The notes under the pieces were generated by a model, which saw nothing but the letters and a program-made list of their open reading frames with translations, made no database searches and was not told where the DNA came from. Source: a virus (lineage: Duplodnaviria > Caudoviricetes). Taken from it: DNA of 64,000 bases. Below, in pieces: positions 58,952 through 64,000 of this stretch; the first letter of the stretch is position 1; the number at the start of each line of letters is the position of its first letter. The translations under genes and the position numbers were made by a program. Where the stretch lies: positions 6,631 to 70,630 of the IMG/VR virus record IMGVR_UViG_3300034084_000080. One strand, 5' to 3'.

Positions 58952-59083
58952 ATGAAATATCTGATCATCATAATCATTTTAATATCCGGCTGTAAGAAAA
59001 CCGAGGTGACTACCATTGAAATAGACAAAGGAAAATCAGATAGTATTTACGCTGCAAAATTTATCAATAACAAAATCAAATAA
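58952..59083 (+). CDS. Small lipoprotein (43 aa, not in ORF track)
   Basis: MKYLIIIIILISG|CKKTE lipobox. Confidence 0.7.
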   Translation: MKYLIIIIILISGCKKTEVTTIEIDKGKSDSIYAAKFINNKIK

Positions 59084-59084
59084 C

Positions 59085-59354
59085 ATGAAAAAATCAATTT
59101 TAACCCTTTTATTACTTGTTAGTGTATCGCTTGTTTTTGCTCAGGAAAAACCTAAAGTTGAGCCGGTAAAACAAGACACAATCATTTCTGTAGAGATGAA
59201 TATCAATCAATTCAGAGGATTGATGTACTCAATTGACTTAAACATCGACAGTAAGAAATCAAGTAAAGAGATCCTTGAATTTCTACAGAAGGCTGCCAAA
59301 ATAGTTCAGCAGCCAGCAGACAAACCAAAGCCGGCCACTGAAAAGAAAGATTAA
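59085..59354 (+). CDS. Signal-peptide protein at the fibre-chaperone position
   Basis: MKKSILTLLLLVSVSLVFA|QEK. Confidence 0.65.
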   Translation: MKKSILTLLLLVSVSLVFAQEKPKVEPVKQDTIISVEMNINQFRGLMYSIDLNIDSKKSSKEILEFLQKAAKIVQQPADKPKPATEKKD

Positions 59355-59621
59355 ATGAAAATTGGAGCAATACTACTCTCTTCGGTTTTAGTTGTAAGAG
59401 ATTATTTATCTGATCACCCTCAAATAGGACTATTCTCTGGTTTTGGTAGTGGACTATTCCTGGCAATAACTTCCTTTTTTACTAACGAGGCTGTGATCAA
59501 AGCTGTAGGTATATGCGGTGTATGGCTTGGTTTTTTAATCGCCATAATGACCGTTTTTATAAAATTTTTTGAGTTCATAAAGTCCTCGGTTGACTTCTAT
59601 AAAAAATGGAAAAAGCCATGA
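59355..59621 (+). CDS. Holin-like membrane protein
   Basis: Hydrophobic segments and a basic C-terminus, immediately before the endolysin. Confidence 0.55.
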   Translation: MKIGAILLSSVLVVRDYLSDHPQIGLFSGFGSGLFLAITSFFTNEAVIKAVGICGVWLGFLIAIMTVFIKFFEFIKSSVDFYKKWKKP

Positions 59622-60322
59622 AAAAAACTGGTGAAGATCTACTAAAAGTAGCTGAGAAATATATAGGCAGACGATATGTGCTCGGAGCCATTGTGCCTAA
59701 AAGTAAGGAAGAATATACCGGAGCTTTTGATTGCGCTGAACTATGCGCCAGGGTAATATTTGAGGTGACTGAAAATCTCTATGGATGCCGGCCAAATGAT
59801 CCGTTGAAAGCAGATGCTTATACCGGCTATTTTGGATCTGATGCTGAAAAGATTGGAACCAAAATAACTATCGAAGATGCAGCCAGAATACCCGGAGCAT
59901 TGTTGCTCAGAATACCAACAGGATCAGCTATTGGTCATATCGCTTTCTCCAAAGGTGATGGTAAAACAATTGAAGCTAGAGGCTCTAAGTACGGTGTAGT
60001 TGAATACAAGGTTTCAGGCCGGGATTGGGATTATGGCATTTTACTTCCATTCGTTGATTACAGCAAGGAGCCGGAGGTTAAAGTGCAGAAACCACTTGGT
60101 AAGCTGATCAAGCTTGTTGCTCCATTCTTAATAGATGTTGCCGTAGGTTTAATTCAAAAGGTACTGAGAGATAAAGGATTTTATACCGGGTCAATAGACA
60201 AGGTGTATGGTCCAAAAACACAAGCTGCAGTAGTTGAGTTTCAGAAACTCAACGGTCTTACACCAGATGGGCAAATTAAGTCCGGAGGTGAAACAGCACA
60301 AGCTTTAGGAATAACAATTTAA
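59606..60322 (+). CDS. Endolysin: NlpC/P60-like peptidase plus peptidoglycan-binding domain
   Basis: YVLGA...FDCAEL...GHIAFS...TIEARG; DKVYGPKTQAAVVEFQKLNGLTPDG. Confidence 0.85.
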   Translation: MEKAMKKTGEDLLKVAEKYIGRRYVLGAIVPKSKEEYTGAFDCAELCARVIFEVTENLYGCRPNDPLKADAYTGYFGSDAEKIGTKITIEDAARIPGALLLRIPTGSAIGHIAFSKGDGKTIEARGSKYGVVEYKVSGRDWDYGILLPFVDYSKEPEVKVQKPLGKLIKLVAPFLIDVAVGLIQKVLRDKGFYTGSIDKVYGPKTQAAVVEFQKLNGLTPDGQIKSGGETAQALGITI

Positions 60323-60336
60323 TAAACTATAATATC

Positions 60337-60684
60337 ATGGAAAAATACTTTGAATTAGTGCTTGGCACGACAGACTGGCCAACATACTTAGCAGCTTTCA
60401 CATTCGCTCTGATTGGTGCTATTATAAGCTTGCGAAGGAAAGCGAACAAGAGGGATGAATTAAGCCGTAATACGCCAATTAATTTTTCATGGAGATTTTT
60501 GCTTCAGGATAATTTTCAGCAGTTCTTTACTGGAGTATTGATTACATTCCTGACGTTCAGATTCTCAAATGAATTTTATGGGCAGGAAGTCACTATGATT
60601 TTCGCCTTAACCATTGGATTTGGCGCAAATGAATTGGCAGGCCTTCCTGAAATGTTTGAGAAGAAGGCTCGTAATAATCAATGA
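60337..60684 (+). CDS. Holin-like membrane protein
   Basis: Three hydrophobic segments after the endolysin. Confidence 0.6.
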   Translation: MEKYFELVLGTTDWPTYLAAFTFALIGAIISLRRKANKRDELSRNTPINFSWRFLLQDNFQQFFTGVLITFLTFRFSNEFYGQEVTMIFALTIGFGANELAGLPEMFEKKARNNQ

Positions 60685-60800
60685 CAGCATTTTTAACTAT
60701 TGGGATCCTGATGATAGCACTGTTTTCAATCGCTATTTATTGGGATTCCATTGTTAAATTTTATTTAAAAGTAAAATCAATTATAACCTACCGGTCATAA
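60681..60800 (+). CDS. Small single-TM protein (39 aa)
   Basis: MTAFLTIGILMIALFSIAIYWDSIVKFYLKVKSIITYRS, ATGA-coupled to the holin. Confidence 0.5.
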   Translation: MTAFLTIGILMIALFSIAIYWDSIVKFYLKVKSIITYRS

Positions 60801-60884
60801 CCATATAGGATACTACTATCAGAATCAAAAATGCTGCAACAGGCATTGATAGTAGAATGATCCAATCCTTTTTTGAGTGCTCTT

Positions 60885-61439
60885 TCATTTGTACTTATTG
60901 ATTATGGTTAATAAATCATCCTTATTCCACTTGAAATCCTCAGCGATCTTGTGCGAATCAAGCCACTCAACCTTAACGTAACCTATCTTCAGTACCAGAT
61001 TCTTCCGGTACCCGGTTAAATGATTTGTATCAACGCAATTGCAGGTTATACATTCAGCATGAGCATTATCCTCATGAAACCTAAGTGCCGAATAATTTAC
61101 TGGCCGGTAATGTCCGCACTGAGCTTCAGATTTGTGCCTATTCAATCCGCAGGATATACAATTGAAATAATCACCTTTCAAATCTCTTTTCACAATGAAG
61201 CGATTAAATACGATTGTGGCCAACTTTATCAATTCTGAAATACTTTTATCGTGCTTTGGATTTTGATCATTTGTAGAGCCTGAATTTGCCCTTATCTGGG
61301 CTTTCTCTTTTGATCTTGCCTCTTGTCTTTTCTGATAGCAGAATGGATGCTCAAAACAATAACCACCTATCAGTTTTTTGTTAGGTTGATCGCACTTCTT
61401 ACAGGTGCCCACTTTGTACGGTTTTATGCTATTACCCAT
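60885..61439 (-). CDS. ninG: NinG/Rap-family recombination endonuclease
   Basis: FNRFIVKRD...CISCG...QCGHYRP...LRFHEDNAHAECITCN. Confidence 0.85.
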   Translation of the reverse strand: MGNSIKPYKVGTCKKCDQPNKKLIGGYCFEHPFCYQKRQEARSKEKAQIRANSGSTNDQNPKHDKSISELIKLATIVFNRFIVKRDLKGDYFNCISCGLNRHKSEAQCGHYRPVNYSALRFHEDNAHAECITCNCVDTNHLTGYRKNLVLKIGYVKVEWLDSHKIAEDFKWNKDDLLTIINKYK

Positions 61440-61668
61440 TTCTTTTCCTCCTGGTAAGCCATGCGTTTATATCATCTCGGTTAAACAATTGCTTTTTTTC
61501 ACCTATAGTTGTGAATGGAAGCGGATCCAATGGATCGTTGATCATTTTCCACACAAGAGTTCCCTCAATCCCAAACTCATTGCACAGATCTTTCTTTGTG
61601 AGCCATTGCTTTGGCATAGCCTCACTGATCCCCTGTTTTATAGCCTCTTTTATTTCTTCTGAACTCAT
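61432..61668 (-). CDS. Excisionase-like HTH protein
   Basis: WLTKKDLCNEFGI...LPFTTIGEKKQLFNRDDINAWL; start placed at 61668. Confidence 0.7.
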   Translation of the reverse strand: MSSEEIKEAIKQGISEAMPKQWLTKKDLCNEFGIEGTLVWKMINDPLDPLPFTTIGEKKQLFNRDDINAWLTRRKRNG

Positions 61669-61669
61669 A

Positions 61670-61688
61670 ATATACGATTTTCGTATAA
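61670..61688. promoter_or_regulatory. 19-bp palindromic operator-like site
   Basis: ATATACGATTTTCGTATAA, 1 nt from the ATG of the excisionase-like gene. Confidence 0.8.
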
Positions 61689-61693
61689 TAAAA

Positions 61694-62165
61694 TTAAGTT
61701 TTAATGGTCTTGATGATATTATTTTCAATAAGTATCCAGGTTTTTAGGTTATAATCTTTCATGAATGTTAATTGCTGAAACTCATCGTTTTTAATCTCAT
61801 AATTTGAATATAAAAGCATTGGATCAGTCAATCTAACCTTGTTTGGAATAAATATTGAACATAATAAATTATGGCACTTCTCAAACTCTGGAAGATTGTT
61901 CACTATTAATTTCATATCATCCAATGTTATTTTTAAGTTATCCATAATACTTTTTATATAATTTTAGTATATCATTAAATTAATCTTCAATTTTAGTCCA
62001 CTTTTCAATATTACTTATAGCAACGTAGCTTTCAAAAGTTGATGCTACAAAGCCGTATTCAGAATCATGCTTAAATTCCAGTACGTCATAATTACCGCTA
62101 ATGTACTTAACCAAAATAGGCGTATTTTCTGGAGGAAATTCTTTTGATACTTCTATCCACTTCAT
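61694..62165 (-). other. Two small ORFs (61694-61945; 61980-62165, DUF551-like)
   Basis: ORF track; MKWIEVSKEFP start. Confidence 0.5.
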
Positions 62166-63430
62166 GATGTTTTCCTTTCATTGATTTTATCCATATACCC
62201 AAAAATACGCTGTTCAACATTGATTGATTCCTTGGTAATGGTAGTTTTATTCCTCTTTGCATAACCTGATGTTGTCCTGATATTTGAGTGCCCCAGGATC
62301 CTGGCAAGGTTATCAATAGAACCACCGGAGTTTAAATAAATGTCAGCGAATGTATGCCGGCAGATGTGAGTTGTAAGCTTCTTTTTAATCCCGCAGATTA
62401 AAGCGATCTCATGCAGATATTCATTCATTTTCTGAAGCGATATCCTTGGAAATAAATATCCACCCTCTTTACATGAAGGATCATCTTTATACTTCTCAAT
62501 GATCTTAATAACTGGATCCCAAAGAGGAATGATACAAAGCTCTCCGGTTTTAGTCCGGCCACGATCAATCCATTTCTTTCCTGTAACATCAATTGAAACC
62601 ATATCTTTAGTTACAGTCTGAATATCCTCATTTGCCATGCCGGTGAAGCACCCAATAATGAAGCGATCTCTAACCCGGTCCAGCCTGGTAGTTGAGAACT
62701 CTTTATTCATTATCTCGTTCACTTCATCAATTGTCAATGGAACCTTGGATTCCTTACTGAATGAAACCTTAAAATCATCAAATGGATTAATGGCTATCTC
62801 TTGCTTCCTGAAACCAATCTTAGCAATCTTCTTGAATTTGCTGATAATACCGCAAGCTGATTCAACATCCATTGGTTCGGTAAACTTTCCTTTAACCTCT
62901 TTCCCTTTTGTAGTCAGGAAATGCCAAAATGATTCTATAAAGTCAAGATTAAGTTCAGAGATGTAGATATCCTTTCTCTTATACTTAGATTCAATGAAGT
63001 ACTCTATCTTGCGTCTGAGTGCGCCAGTATATTTGTCCAGTGTGCTTTGGCTGAATCCTTTCTGCCCGATTTTCTGTCTGAATAGATCGTTGTGAATATC
63101 AAGAACCTGCAATAACCCATATCTCTGTATATGATTCCCCAGGAAAATATTCCTTATGATCTCAGCAGATATCGGAAGATCATTCAACTGCAGGTCTGAT
63201 TCAATCTTAATCAGCTTATTTTCTGATGCAACAATATACCGGTTAATAATATCGGCCTGTACCGATTTTCCAATAACCCTTTTCTTATCAACATTCCATT
63301 GATCAGGGTTAACAAACTTTCCGGTTGAAATTTCAACCCTATCTCCAATTCCGCAAGTAACACGAATTTTCAAGGGAGCTTCTCCCTTACGGTTTGACTT
63401 GCTACGGTGAATCCAAAATAAAATATCCAT
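62162..63430 (-). CDS. int: Tyrosine integrase (Bacteroidetes type, arm-binding plus SAM-like domains)
   Basis: KGEAPLKIRVT arm domain; RDRFIIGCFTGM (non-canonical), KT, HICRHTFA, LGHSNIRTTSGYA. Confidence 0.92.
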   Translation of the reverse strand: MDILFWIHRSKSNRKGEAPLKIRVTCGIGDRVEISTGKFVNPDQWNVDKKRVIGKSVQADIINRYIVASENKLIKIESDLQLNDLPISAEIIRNIFLGNHIQRYGLLQVLDIHNDLFRQKIGQKGFSQSTLDKYTGALRRKIEYFIESKYKRKDIYISELNLDFIESFWHFLTTKGKEVKGKFTEPMDVESACGIISKFKKIAKIGFRKQEIAINPFDDFKVSFSKESKVPLTIDEVNEIMNKEFSTTRLDRVRDRFIIGCFTGMANEDIQTVTKDMVSIDVTGKKWIDRGRTKTGELCIIPLWDPVIKIIEKYKDDPSCKEGGYLFPRISLQKMNEYLHEIALICGIKKKLTTHICRHTFADIYLNSGGSIDNLARILGHSNIRTTSGYAKRNKTTITKESINVEQRIFGYMDKINERKTS

Positions 63431-63431
63431 T

Positions 63432-64000
63432 TTAATCTTCCATTGATTCTAAAAATTCTGCATAAAGCTCTTTATTCTCAGTATCTTTTAACTCGCATTT
63501 TCCTTCACGTAAGACAGGACAATCAATATCGCACCCCCATGTCATTCCATATCTTTCGCACCCAGACATTCCAATAAACACACTATCTGCTAATGTATTT
63601 GCCAATTCTGACTTCAAATTTCCCATGTTTAGTAATTAAGTAATTATTGCTCGTATAAATAAGTGCTCCATAACTCAATGAAGTTTTTACCAAAATGAAT
63701 TGCTTTTTGTCTGGAGTTTACGCAAAGTCTGGACCCGACATCCGCGTACGCGCGGTCGCTGTCGTAGCCATAGAACGAGATACGGACACCATTAGATACT
63801 CTTTCGAACAATGGATAGTACCATCTCTCAATTTTACTTAATGGTTTACCTTCATTAAGTGATATAGCAATCACTTCAAGTGCTTTTCCTGCTTTCTGTC
63901 CAGGAGTATCGAACTGAGTACGATACTCGAATTGTTCAAGAGTTTCCCTATTGTAATCAAGAGCTGTCTGAAGTGATGTGATTTGTTCAGTGATTTTCAT
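63432..64000 (-). other. Hypothetical ORFs 63432-63626 and 63644-64000 (window edge)
   Basis: ORF track. Confidence 0.5.

Noticed and set aside
32140-60322. Numerous antisense ORFs within structural genes in the track
   Set aside because: They are shadows of long sense ORFs, with no leaders or recognisable domains

Overview
The whole 64 kb window is an AT-rich temperate tailed phage (podovirus-type, crAss-related morphogenesis) of a Bacteroidetes host. No host chromosomal genes are seen. Layout: (i) 1-7.9 kb (+) replication and nucleotide genes (DEDDh exonuclease, MazG-like, DNA methyltransferase, initiator with internal tandem repeats, HTH and HNH genes); (ii) 7.9-16.2 kb mostly (-) early-type operon of small ORFs including PcfK(AcrIIA9-like)/PcfJ; (iii) a skewed non-coding stretch near 16.2-16.5 kb that may be the packaging site; (iv) 16.5-21.3 kb (-) accessory ORFs; (v) 21.4-60.8 kb mostly (+) GroES-like protein, terminase, portal, scaffold, capsid, tail, ejection and polyvalent proteins, an initiator-type tRNA-Met, a tail-fibre-like protein and a lysis cassette, interrupted by a (-) block at 27.6-30.8 kb with a histone H1-like gene and groES; (vi) 60.9-64 kb (-) NinG, excisionase-like and tyrosine integrase genes. 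The most striking unannotated signals are non-coding. The early operon carries two complete hammerhead ribozymes and two paralogous, covarying antisense-switch leaders. In each leader a 21-nt segment can pair either with an upstream site or with the start codon of a paralogous small ORF, and the two copies have different specificities. A 19-bp palindrome (TTATACGATWWTCGTATAA-like) occurs about 14 times across the genome at gene starts and promoters. All family names are from recognition of sequence motifs, not from database searches.
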